Below are positions 52,221 to 63,456 of a stretch of DNA of 64,000 bases, one piece after another; position 1 is the stretch's first letter, and every line of letters begins with the position of its first letter. The stretch covers positions 34,991,216-35,055,215 of the forward strand of contig NC_086385.1 of the NCBI RefSeq assembly GCF_036588685.1, read 5' to 3'. The translations under genes and the position numbers were made by a program. Below the pieces are notes generated by a model. It worked only from the letters and a program-made list of their open reading frames with translations. It ran no database searches and was not told the DNA's origin. The DNA comes from Mytilus trossulus (taxonomy: Eukaryota).

Positions 52221-53193
52221 ATATAACTTCTGAGAGTTTTTCATCATCATCTACATTAACCTCCTGAAGTTCTGTTCGTGGTTTCTTTACAGCCAAAGAC
52301 GACTTAGATTTTGAAATTATGTTTGCAATAAATCCTTTAATTTGTGGTGGGTTAAGCCATTCTTGTTTTGTAAAAAGCGTGTTGCCATTTTCATCTGTTG
52401 CCTTCCTTAGCTGTTCTGACAAAGCAATAAAATCAGGACGTGAGCCAGTTTTGTCACATGATGCACAAATTTCTTGCAAGTAAGTTTTCACTTTATCTGA
52501 AGACCGTACATTTGCTCTCTTTGATTTCAAGCCCCAACCTCTTCTTGACTTTTCTCTCAAATTTACTGAAATTTCAACTTCATGACTTGCTTCCTGAATG
52601 ACATTTTCATGGTACTTTTGCAAATCAATACATGAGGAAGAGTATATCTGAACTGCTGTATCCATAGAAGATATGGTATTTTTCCGGTAACAATGATTTC
52701 CTAAGAGTAAATGACGGTCAAGGTTATTTGATGAAGCAAACACTTTATCACATGAAAAGTCAGGGCAAGAGAAATATGCACTGGATGCAGAACTATTCAT
52801 GCTGTTTTCTGACATAGGTTGATCCTCCTCTAAGGAAGGCTGCTGATCATGGGTATCTTCAATTCTGCTGTCGGGAAATTTGTTAAGTTTGCCACAGATA
52901 GGTTTATCTTGTGCGAAAGGTTCCAAAACCTGAAATGATAGAAAAATATTATCATGTGAATAATTTTAGTATGATAAATTTTAATATTGTACAGAATTAA
53001 AAAATAATAATAAACAGAAAATTCTGAAATCTATCAGAAAAGTATTGTTTTTGTCCAATTGTGTTCACTTATTTGGAATTTCATTAACAGTAAGGATAAT
53101 AAAATAAATCTGCCTCCTCCTCATTTGGTACAATTTCATTGCAGATTACAGTTACAGATTCAATTTATTGTCTAAAAACCAGAAAATAATTTC

Positions 53194-54314
53194 AACAAGA
53201 GTGCACACACTGAAATGTCTCGCCTTCTTTATAAATCATTGATATTATGTTGATAGTCCTAAATATAACATGTATAAAGCTCTATTCAGCTGTCACATAA
53301 ACTCAACATTAACCAAGAAAACTAAACATTGATCAATAACTCATAAAAATTAGGCCAAGGTCAGATGAACCATGCCAGGCAGTCATGTACAGCTAACAAT
53401 TCTTCCATACAACAAATATAGTTGACCTTTTGCTTGTAAATTAAGAAAAAAAGACCAAAACACAAATACTTAACACAAAGCAATGAACTGTGAAATTGAG
53501 GTCAAGGTCAAATAAAACCTGGGCAACTAACATAAAGATCATAAAATATTTCCATACACCAAATATAGTTGACCTATTGCATATAGTATTAGAAAAATAG
53601 ACCATAACTCAAAAACTTACATTTGACCACTGAACAATGTAAATTAGTTCAAGGTCAGATGACACATGACACCTTCCAGCTAGACATGTACACCTTACAA
53701 TCATTTCATACACCAAATAAAGTAGACCTATTGCATATAGCATGTAAAGTATGAGTAAAACAGACCAAAACACAAAAACTTAACTATAACCACTGGACCA
53801 TGAAAATGAGGTCAAGGTCAGATGACACCTGCCGGTTGGACATATATGCATGTACAACTTACAGTCCTTTCATACACCAAATATACTAGACCTATTGCTT
53901 ATAGTATCTGAAATATGGACTTGATCACCAAAACTTAACCATGTTCACTGATCCATGAAATGAGGTCGAGGTCAAGTGAAAACTGTCTGACGGGCACGAG
54001 GACCTTGCAAGGTACGCACATACTAAATATAGTAATCCTATTACTTATAATAAGACAGAATTTTACATTACAAAAAATCTTAACTTTTTTACGAGTAGTC
54101 ACTGAACCATGAAAATGAGGACAAGGACATTGGACATGTCACTGACGGAAAATTTGTACCATGAGGCATCTTTATACAAAGTATGAAGCATCCAGGTCTT
54201 CCACCTTCTAAAATATAAAGCTTTTAAGAAGTTAGCTAACACCGCCGCAGCCGCCGCCAGATCACTATCCCTATGTCAAGCTTTCTGCAACAAAAGTTGC
54301 AGGCTCAACAAAAA
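53194..54314. mobile_element. Helentron-associated (HINE/pearl-like) element in transposase intron
   Basis: AACAAGAG start, internal degenerate tandem units containing GAGGTCAAGGTCA, (GCC)n microsatellite, terminal hairpin CTGCAACAAAAGTTGCAG, A-rich end. Confidence 0.65.
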
Positions 54315-54448
54315 TAGTTCATCAGCTCTGATTTTCAAAACACTATTAAAACTTTGTAGACAAATTAAAGTTTTGGTATAAAAACATGTCCTGTTTGAAA
54401 ATGCCACTTGAAAGAAAATGATGATAGATCAACTGTTTTATTTTCATT

Positions 54449-55207
54449 TTTAGCTCACCTGGCCCGAAGGGCCAGGTGAGCTTTTCTCATCACTTGGCGT
54501 CCGTCGTCGTCCGTCGTCGTCGTCGTTAACTTTTACAAAATCTTCTCCTCTGAAACTACTGGGCCAAATTTAAACAAACTTGGCCACAATCATCATTGGG
54601 GTATCTAGTTTAAAAAATGTGTCCGACGACCCGGCCAACCATCCAAGATGGCCACCATGGCTAAAAATAGAACATAGGTGTAAAATGCAGTTTTTGGCTT
54701 ATAACTCAAAAACCAAAGCATTTAGAGCAAATCTGACAAGAGGTAAATTGTTATTCAGGTCAAGATCTATTTGCTTTAAATTTTTCAGATGAATCAGACA
54801 ACCCGTTGTTAGGTTGCTGCCCTTGAATTGGTAATTTTAAGGAAATTTTGCTGTTTTTGGTTAATATCTTGAATATTTTTATAGATAGAGATAAACTTTA
54901 AACAGCAATATTGTTCAGCTGAGTAAGATTTACAAATAAGTCAATATGACCAAAATGGTCAATTGACCTACTAAGGAGTTATTGCCCTTTATAGTAAAAT
55001 TTTCACCATCATTTTCCACTGAAACTAACCTGACCAAGTTTATTATAGATACAGATAATTGTAAGCAGCAAGAATGTTTAGTAAAGTAAGATCTACAAAC
55101 ACATCACTATCACCAAAACACAATTTTGTCATGAATCCACCTGTGTCCGTTGTTTAATATTCACATAGACCAAGGTGAGCGACACAGGCTCTTTAGAGCC
55201 TCTAGTT
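54449..55207. mobile_element. Helentron-associated (HINE/pearl-like) element in transposase intron
   Basis: AGCTCACCTGGCCCGAAGGGCCAGGTGAGCT hairpin, (GTC)n microsatellite, distal subTIR AGGTGAGCGA, palindrome AGGCTCTTTAGAGCCT, T-rich flanks. Confidence 0.75.
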
Positions 55208-58200
55208 TTTAATTACTATTACTGTCTCATTGGCATATATACCACACATCTAATCATTTTTAGTCCTATATATAATTTTTTAATAATTTTAATTTGTGTG
55301 TTTAAATCCTACATGTTTCTTACCTCCAGTTTATATACTCTTTCTATTGAAATAGTTTCACTACACTGGGTACTTGTCTTTATAACATGTCCCTCACCAA
55401 CTTTATAAGCTTTTCTTGCTATAATACCATCATTTTCAAAATTAAAGTTGTTGTAAGTGCTTATCCCTGGCATTCTGATCTTTGTTTTAGGTTCATCATC
55501 TGCATTTACTGTAACAATACACGATTGTGTCCCTTTTACTCCACCATAACTGTCAAGTGCTAATTTCATACTCCTTGGGTTTAAAACATCATGACCTTCA
55601 TTTGCATATTTAAACATGTGCATGCGACAAGATCCAGTTTTACTGTCACACAAATCCTTGCCTGATTGGGCCTCACTGAAGTTATATTCTGCCACTTTGA
55701 TGGGAAACTGACCATTGTTCTGTTGAATGAAGGCAAGAAGATTAGTACAATGGTAACAAGCTGCGTTATCACTTTTCAAGAACACCTCTTTAAGTGTTGG
55801 TCTGGTAGATTTTATGTTTGTTCACAGGTGCAGTATGATATTTGCCACAGAAAACCAACCCTGTGACCCATTCTCAAGGATATGAACATAACACTGAAGA
55901 TCAAATTCTTCATTTTCAGACTTAGTGACTAGACAAGATATATGCCAGCTGATACCTTTCTTACCAACAAAATCAGATTGTGTTTCACGGAATTGATAAG
56001 GCAGGAATTTCATAGCCCAGTCTAAAATAACAAGACCTTGGTCATCATGAAGATTTTTCAAGACACTTGTTCTAGCTTGATCTTGATGTATTGTTCTAAG
56101 AATGTGCTTTTTCCAATCAACAAGGCTCTTCTCTGAATTGTCTAATTCATATGTCAATTCTTCGACAATTTGGTCTGAAATGTTTGTACTTATATCATTA
56201 AGTTTTATTCTTATCTGAGGCACACAGCTCTCAACCAATGAGCACTTCTGGCATGAAGTTTCATGTGAATGTTCACAAGCAGTAGCAAATTTTGCATCAC
56301 CAGGGTCACTGAGAGCAAACACTGTACAATGATCTTCACAGCCATCCAGTTTGTGTAAGTGAGTTTTGTATTCAAATTTCATAAATGTGTTTACCATATG
56401 TAAAATGTTAGTCAGTTTCTTTGATTCAGGATATGTGACTCCAAAAGTCTCTAATTTGGTAAGCAGTTTCAGTAAGGTATCAATTGCCCCCATTCCTAAG
56501 GCAGTAATATTATCCAGGCCTTGTAATGATTTCTGTTTGGAAGCATGACATACATTTAAAATTCTATACAAAGAAGCCCTGCTAAAAGTATCAAATCCAC
56601 TGTCTTTGCAATAACTCAGGTAAGTATCAATGAGTCTTGCATCTATAACATTTCTTATGACTTTAGGAACCTTTATCAGTTCTTTAGATGACATTTTTAG
56701 TATTGTTTCTCCAAATCCAACAATGTTAGAGTAAATGGGATTGAGAATAAATTCAACAAAGTGACTCACTTTTGGCTTTGATAATTTCATCCGGTAAATT
56801 TTAGGTTGATTTAGAATAGTTCCAGGTCCACTAACAAGTGCATGTTTTCTAGCATTATCTATCTTGTTGATGGTAAGTCCTGGAATCAAGGTTTGCAGCT
56901 CTGTCTTTGTGTGATTGTTTACAATTATGGAAAGTATTTGGGTTTGGGTTCTACTATCAGAAGTGTTTTGAAATGCTTCCATCACGCTAGCTGTGATGTT
57001 ATCTAATTTGATTTCTTGAGTAGAATTTATTTGTATGTTCTCCAATAAAATGTCTTCCTGCCATGATACTCAGAACAAGTTCGATACATTCCCGGGCTTT
57101 TTTTGTATAATAAGATCTTGCACTCTTACTTGTTTCTTCCCACTTTTTTGTTAATTGGCTAGTGATTGGCTCAAACGATTCAGAAAGTATTTTCATTGCT
57201 GCATTTAACTTTTCTATTGGTGTTTTCTGCAACTCGTACCAATCCTGGCTACTGTTTTGAGTATTACCTGTAATTAAAATTTTAAAATATATGCATGATT
57301 TTTTTTTTACATTGTCATTAAATTCATTTTATAGCTGACTATGCCAAATGGGCATTGCTCATTGTTGAAGGTCGTACAGTGACCGATAGTTATTAATTTC
57401 TGTGTCATTTTGGTCTCTTGTGGAGAGTTGTCTCATTGGTAATCATGCCACAACTTCTGTGACTTTACACTAATTTTTCTTTATATATGATTGATTTATT
57501 GATTCAGAAATTTTTATGTTTATAAAGGGGTATAACTCAAGAACAGTAAAAGTGATGCCAACCAATTTCAAACTTGATCTGTATCATGTTATAATAAGCA
57601 TTGTGTATAAGTTTCATAACATTTGGTCGATGTAAACTAAAGTTAAGGAATGGAAACTAAAATTTCAGCAATTGTTTTGTTTATAAAGTTGCATAACTCA
57701 TAACTCAAATGTTTAGTGGCGATTGATACGCATATTACTCTGTTATGTACTAGACTTCCAATCTGAGTATGATTTTTAACGTTCTAATGCAAAAGGTAAC
57801 AGTCCACAAGAAGACATGTCACATTACCTACACATAATATTCTAACTCCAAGCCGACCAGTCTTCACTTTTACTTCTAGATGTTGTGTGCTTAGTGAAAG
57901 AGTTGATTTAATTAATGGTGGATAGATGTGTAATTAGCTATTTCATACCACATCTTCTTATTTTATATACCAATTTTAATCTTATATATATGTGTAATTG
58001 TTGAGTACTGTACCTGCAATACTAGAAAACTTGTCACTTTGACTTTCCTCTGTATCCATACTGTATAAGTTTTGGGAATTTATTTCTTGGCCTGAAATAA
58101 AAAAGAATATCATATCACCAACAATACTTGATCAAATGACAACAAATTTTCCCAACTGTCAGGCAATTTTTGCCATTAGAAAGAAAAATATTTCAAATTG

Positions 58201-59378
58201 TCTAGAAACCTTTTTGAAAATAAATTTTTATATAAATTGTTGTTCATAATAATTTCTCATTGATATTAATTAACATCTGTGAGCATTAAAATATCAATGT
58301 TATTGCAAAAGCCAAAAGACAATTATGGCATAGCCTTAATGACAATCACTCATTTTTAAAGAAATATACCATTTATCATGGTTATCGTGTAATTTAGATT
58401 TTTGGTATTGGACCATATAATGTAAAAATCCAATTATATTTTTTAGGTTCTTAGACCACATTCATTAAAGTTCAGAAACATATTCTTTGTCAACTATTTA
58501 ATCTCAATACATATACATGTATTGCTGTATCAAGCTTGAATATTGTGTCCTTACTTGCCAAACTTTGCAGAGTTTGACCTCTGCAGTCGTATAAAGCTGC
58601 ACCCTGCAGAGCATCTGGTTTGAATTTGAATGAATAAACTGTCCTAAGTGTTATTTATTGTTATATGTTAATTACCATTTGAAGTCTGCGAAAATGAATC
58701 TTCCGGCAATGAATAGGTCTTGCTGCATGCTGAAAATCTCATGAACTGATCTAAAAAGATAAAGAACAAAACATTAAGGATTTTCATTTACTGTATTTAT
58801 TCAGTTAGGTCTATATCATGTATATCTCAGAAGCTTTTTAACAATTATAGTATAATTGGTGAACGTTATACATATATTATAATTCAAACTGTTCTGTATT
58901 AAGGTTCTTTTTAATCTTGATTTCATTCAGAAAGTGCAATTTTGAGAGTTTTGTCATAAATTTACTATCAAATCTGTCTGTTTAACAAAATCAGGATAGG
59001 CATTTTGAGACATAATAAAAAGGTTGATAAGGAAACAAAATTTGTATAGGACAAAGTGATGACTGGATTAGCCTGATTAGAAAGTTTAAAAATGAGAATT
59101 TTCTAAACATTAAAGTGTTGAAGGACCAGTGTGTAAAAGATTTTTTTTTCAAATCATGAAAGAAAAATTAGCAAACTTATCTTCCAAGATATTTGGGAAA
59201 AACTCTTGTTTGTGCCACTTTATATAATTAGAAGAAATAATTTAATGATTATTGGAACTGAACAAAAAATAATTTAATGATTATTGATACTGAACAAAAA
59301 ATAATTTAAAAGATGATATAGATGGTGATTCATTCTTCAAGATGCATGTACTTACAGATTATCGTTGATCATCTCAAC

Positions 59379-59636
59379 GAGATTAATTTTCTCGCTTGAG
59401 CTGGAACAGCGAAAGTGAGAAAAGCAATCGAGTTGAGATGACCAATGATAATCCGTTTATCGCGATTTTACCTATGACGACGTTGTCAATTTCAATGTCA
59501 ATTTCGTTAGCAACGCCACGTGGTCCACGTGGTCTCCTTAGTTTCTAGCGATAATTTTTCCATCTCAAGCGAGAAGCATGATATGAAAATTATCACAAAA
59601 AAAGATCAAAGGAAAAATGCACAAAATAGCGATAAA
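59379..59636. repeat. Interspersed TTATCG...CGATAA repeat, with an inverted relative at ~26340-26510
   Basis: TTATCGTTGATCAT..CAACGAGATT..TTTTCTCGCTTGAGC and TTTATCGC.ATTTTACCTATGACGAC match the reverse complement of 26405-26508. Confidence 0.65.
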
Positions 59637-61123
59637 TTTAAATTATTTCTCACTATTATCAATTACATTTATTTTATTATTTTGTTTATCAATGAAACTA
59701 GGAACTTTACAAAATGTTGCCTTTTTATTCACAAACCACCAAAAGGGATATTAGTATTATAATTACAATAAGACAGCAACCTTACATGCCTTATGAAACA
59801 AACAGAAGACATGCAGTTTTTATGGTTTTATTTTATCTACATGACTTAAATCTCTGTTGAATTACATTACATTTGTTCTTTCCTGGACCTTTTACTTCTT
59901 TAAAATAGATACTATGTGGTAAAGGTTTTTCCCATTGTTGAAGGCCATACATTGACCTAAAATTGTTAATTGTAACCATAACATCATTTGGTATTTGGGG
60001 GGAGTGGTCTGATTGGCAATCATTCCACATCCTCCCATGTTTAAATATAACATTAGCTGTAGACATATTCCGACCTTCAATATAGGTTGGAATATAAATT
60101 TAACATTTTGTTAAAAAAAATAATAAAATATATTACCTATATCCCTCTGTATGATTTTTTTGCCTTCTTCAGATCTTGGCAAATGCTTCCGCCTGCATGC
60201 ATTACAAATTCCTGAAAAAAATTTCAAAACATTTTTGTTGTTTTATATGACAATGTATGAATATGATAAATATAAAAAAGTACAATATTTGTTTAAACAG
60301 GTTATTGTAATTTTTCAATTTCTACATTAATTAAAATTAATCTAAACACCATCATTTCATAAATTTTCTAATTATACATTTGCGTAAAAATAACAAGGAA
60401 AGGGGAAGGGGGGGGGGGGGGGGGGGGGGGAGGGGATTGTGCAAAAAAGAAATTAGGGAAGCAAGTGTGTAACAAGAATGGAAATAATTTGTTGTTGCCA
60501 TTGCCACTTGAAATACATGTATATAAGCTGGACTATTCAAACACGTTAAACATGGTTGAAAAGGAATATTGATTTTCAATATATACCCCTTCACTCAATG
60601 CCAATCCATCCCAAACCCTAATCTATGGAGGAGGAACAAGATACTTAAGTCAGTGGTCTATTCCTTATTGTTATCATACATAGTAACATTTACATGTATA
60701 TTGAAAATAAAAAAATGGATTATACAAGTATTATTTTTTAATTTTAGTTTCTTGTGTACAATTTGGAGTTTTAAGTATGACTTCCATTAATAATTCTGAC
60801 ATCTAAAATGGCTGTGTTACCTTTTGGGAAGACTGTGGTCCTTTAGCAGCTCACTTATGACCGCCCCATATTTTGCAGTCCTAACAATTTGAAATGTCAT
60901 TGTTCACAGGCGCGAATTCTCTCAGTTTAAAAGGGGATATTCTAACTACCATGAAACATTCTCATAATTCATATTCGAAAAAGCGGTGCTTCTAAATATA
61001 GACCCCTCCATGGATCCTGGTAATAAAAAAAATGAAAAGTATGAGACAAAATTCAAATAAATGTCTTTTACATTTTTAGGAAAATGCTGCATTCATATCC
61101 ATCTCGGAAAGTTTCAGCTGTAT

Positions 61124-61282
61124 CATACCCGTAGCCAGGGGGTCGCGGTTCTTCCGGATCCCCCTTGAAAACAAATAAGCACTGTTAAAGTCAGTGTTCT
61201 GTTCGAAATGTGACTGTAAAAGTCGAGTTCGTGAGTCAAAATCCCCCCCCCCCCCTTTTGGAAATTCCTGGCTACGGGCCTT
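61124..61282. mobile_element. CCCGTAGCCAGG-family MITE upstream of copy 4
   Basis: Same TIRs and body as 6647-6794; TSD TGTAT. Confidence 0.8.
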
Positions 61283-62286
61283 TGTATTATCAATTTATAA
61301 CTAACATTATATATCATAATCAAACAACATTTTCGACAAATGTCCGAGATAAATAAACTAGTCTTGTCTAAAAATAATTCTATGGTAAACTTATTGTAAT
61401 CGGCTATAGTTCTTCAAAATTTTTGGTCAATTTGAAATCTAAACCCCATGAAGTTACCATTTGGAGAAATTATTTGATTGCAGTTGAAAAATATGTTAAA
61501 AAAATCCAAACCAAAACAAATTCACGAAAATTAAATGGCTGTTTCCTTAGAATGAAAAGACCAACAAAACAAAATTTAATACACAAAGTTTTTCGTAAAT
61601 TGTTAACTATACATTATAATTAGCAGTTAGTTTTAATTTCTCATTTTAATTGTTTCATATTTTCATGTCGGGGTCAAGCGTTTATGGATATGGATTTTAA
61701 AAGGGAGTCCAACTAGTCTTATATTTGAAATGCATTGATCGTCAAAAAGAACTATCACCCCCCTTTTTTCATTATCCGTCAATACTTTGTACATGTAAAT
61801 GATCGTGTAAAAAATCCTAAAAAGTCTTCTTTTTTACGATTTTGAAAGAATAATAATAATTCAGTTCGATTGCAGTTAAAATGTTCCTTTTATATTAAAC
61901 ACACCTTTTCCTTTTTAAATTAAATGGTTGTTCCCCTCCAGAGAAATGAGAAAGTTATGACAAACAAACAGAACAGAATGTAAACAAGCTACGATACACA
62001 AAAAAAATAATAAATAAACCACTTCAACTTGTAAATAAATCACATATTAATTTGCCATATTGAAAATCAACTATTTTTGTAAATTGTAAATAATTACTAA
62101 CTGAATAATATCAATGCGAAAACATTTAATTCCAATCATTTATCAAACATCCGTTCAATCCTAAATATTTTTCTTTTTTTTAAACATATGCAACATTCTA
62201 AAAATAAAAGTTCAAGATGTTTAATAACTTCTAGTTTCGGTTAATAACCACGAAGAAAACAGCTGATTGCCGATGTTGTATCAACA

Positions 62287-62369
62287 CCAATCAGAACAAC
62301 TCGGCCTTTCTGGTTGCACGAAGTAGCTATTGTACTGCGTAGCGAGAATGGCCGAGTATTTACGATTGG
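62287..62369. mobile_element. 83-bp micro-MITE with 8-bp TSD upstream of copy 4 ATG
   Basis: TSD TATCAACA (62279-62286, 62370-62377); imperfect 24-bp TIRs CCAATC..ACTCGGCC.TTC (19/24); a single TATCAACA at the homologous site near 9952. Confidence 0.8.
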
Positions 62370-62462
62370 TATCAACACAACGAAAGCAGATTTAACCGGT
62401 TCGTAGTAGTTTCACGCGATCAATGTAAAACAAAAATCCATTCGCCTTGAATTTATTTAACA

Positions 62463-62540
62463 ATGTCGTTGTCTACAGAAGAGAGTATTTCTTTAATGAG
62501 TAATCTTAATATCTTAAAGGATAATAGCTTACCGATAGAG
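62463..62540 (+). CDS. CARNS1-like copy 4, coding exon 1 (remainder, if any, outside window)
   Basis: MSLSTEESISLMSNLNILKDNSLPIE then GTAAGC; two amino-acid differences from copy 1 exon 1. Confidence 0.65.
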
Positions 62541-63019
62541 GTAAGCATTTATTTAGTGCATTTATTTAGTAATGACAATTTGTTGATATTTAAATACGTC
62601 CGTTTTTCTAACGTCTTGATGGCGATACCCCTATCTTTTAACTTTGCCGGCCGGCATCTCTATTGGGCTATTCCAGAAATATCCATACCCCCCCTATAGA
62701 AGGTACAGCTGGTTCGGAAAAAATTCCATGGAAATTTTTAGATATGAATAAGAAAATAATTCTGGAATTCCATATTAGACCTATAGAAGGCATACAGAAA
62801 AATCCATGGAAAAATTGATATGGATAAGTTAAATATTCTGGAATTCCAAGGCCATCCTATAGAAGGCATATATATTTATTTTTAATTTCCATGGAAAAAA
62901 ATGGGAACAAAAGTTAACCTTAAATAATATTTTGGAATTCCATTTCCAAACAATTTAGAAGGCATATCTGTAGAATAAAAAGAAATCCCTGGCATATTTG
63001 ATTCAGTCATGCATGTCTT

Positions 63020-63188
63020 ACACCTTATCGCTATTTGTCTGCCATTACTGGATATCACACAAGTTCCCATAAAATTTTGACGTCATAAAACAAAAATCTG
63101 ACGCCACAATGGAAAAGTGATTGTTGTATGCGTCAAAAGGTCAAGCGGCCGGGTCGGCCGTCGAAGTAGTCTAATAGCGATAAAGTGT
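63020..63188. mobile_element. Small TIR element in intron 1 of copy 4
   Basis: ACACCTTATCGCTAT / ATAGCGATAAAGTGT inverted termini (one mismatch). Confidence 0.6.
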
Positions 63189-63456
63189 TTTGGAAATAGA
63201 GTATATTCCAGGATTTGTATAGTAAGAACCATCTAACTATACAAATCATTGGTATATTTAATGGTATCCCTAAATATATCTATATTTAAGGTAATCCGAG
63301 ATTACTCTGACGTCCGACGGCTGTTTTGCCAGACTAGCTGGGGCCGTGGGACGTCAGAGCTTGTCCCTTATCAAAAAGTGGATATTTGCCCACCCAAAAT
63401 AGATGCGCTGCTCTGTCGCTTCTGGAGCCGACTGAGAGCCTTGGCATTATATAAAT

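Larger units (their letters stand above)
50790..60211 (-). pseudogene. Sola3-like DDD transposase, multi-exon, disrupted
   Basis: Minus-strand exons 60211-60137, 58750-58676, 58091-58014, 57267-55324 and 52929-50790 (the last split by the 50871-52220 insert). Motifs HCTVFALSDP..CEHSH..CQKC, WKKHILR, ILDWAMKFLP..RETQSDFVGKKGISWH, KSDNAACYH, FSEAQSGKDLCD and a C2H2-like CPDFSC..F...L.RH...H. Frameshift at ~57050, in-frame TGA at 55822-55824, start exon not found. Confidence 0.8.
49021..60806 (-). mobile_element. Sola3-like DNA transposon (one terminus lost) inserted in exon 6 of copy 3
   Basis: Host exon stops at GATGTTAA (TTAA 49017-49020), the element begins GAGCTGATCTCAG, and the host exon resumes AATGGCTGTGTTACC at 60807. 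TTAA target and 5-prime GAG terminus are the described Sola3 hallmarks. A DDD-type transposase lies on the minus strand. Confidence 0.75.
41586..60860 (+). pseudogene. CARNS1-like copy 3, pseudogene
   Basis: Exons 41586-41645, 44578-45431, 46287-46467, 47265-47562, 48035-48297, 48875-49020 and 60809-60860. Lesions: 43-bp hairpin plus TSD insertion, GAG>TAG at ~45078, +1 A at ~45318 and ~47355, Sola3 insertion, truncation after GCVTFWEDCGPLAAHL. Confidence 0.88.
60862..62662 (+). repeat. Segmental duplicate of the copy-1 upstream region, exon 1 and start of intron 1 (8803-10274)
   Basis: Colinear high similarity from CGCCCCATATTTTGCA through GCCGGCCGGCATCTCTA, with a few indels and insertions. 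Confidence 0.92.

Noticed and set aside
55822-55824. Selenocysteine or programmed readthrough at the in-frame TGA of the transposase (and the TAG in LINE ORF1)
   Set aside because: No SECIS or readthrough signal recognised; the transposase has other lesions, so simple nonsense mutation is more parsimonious.
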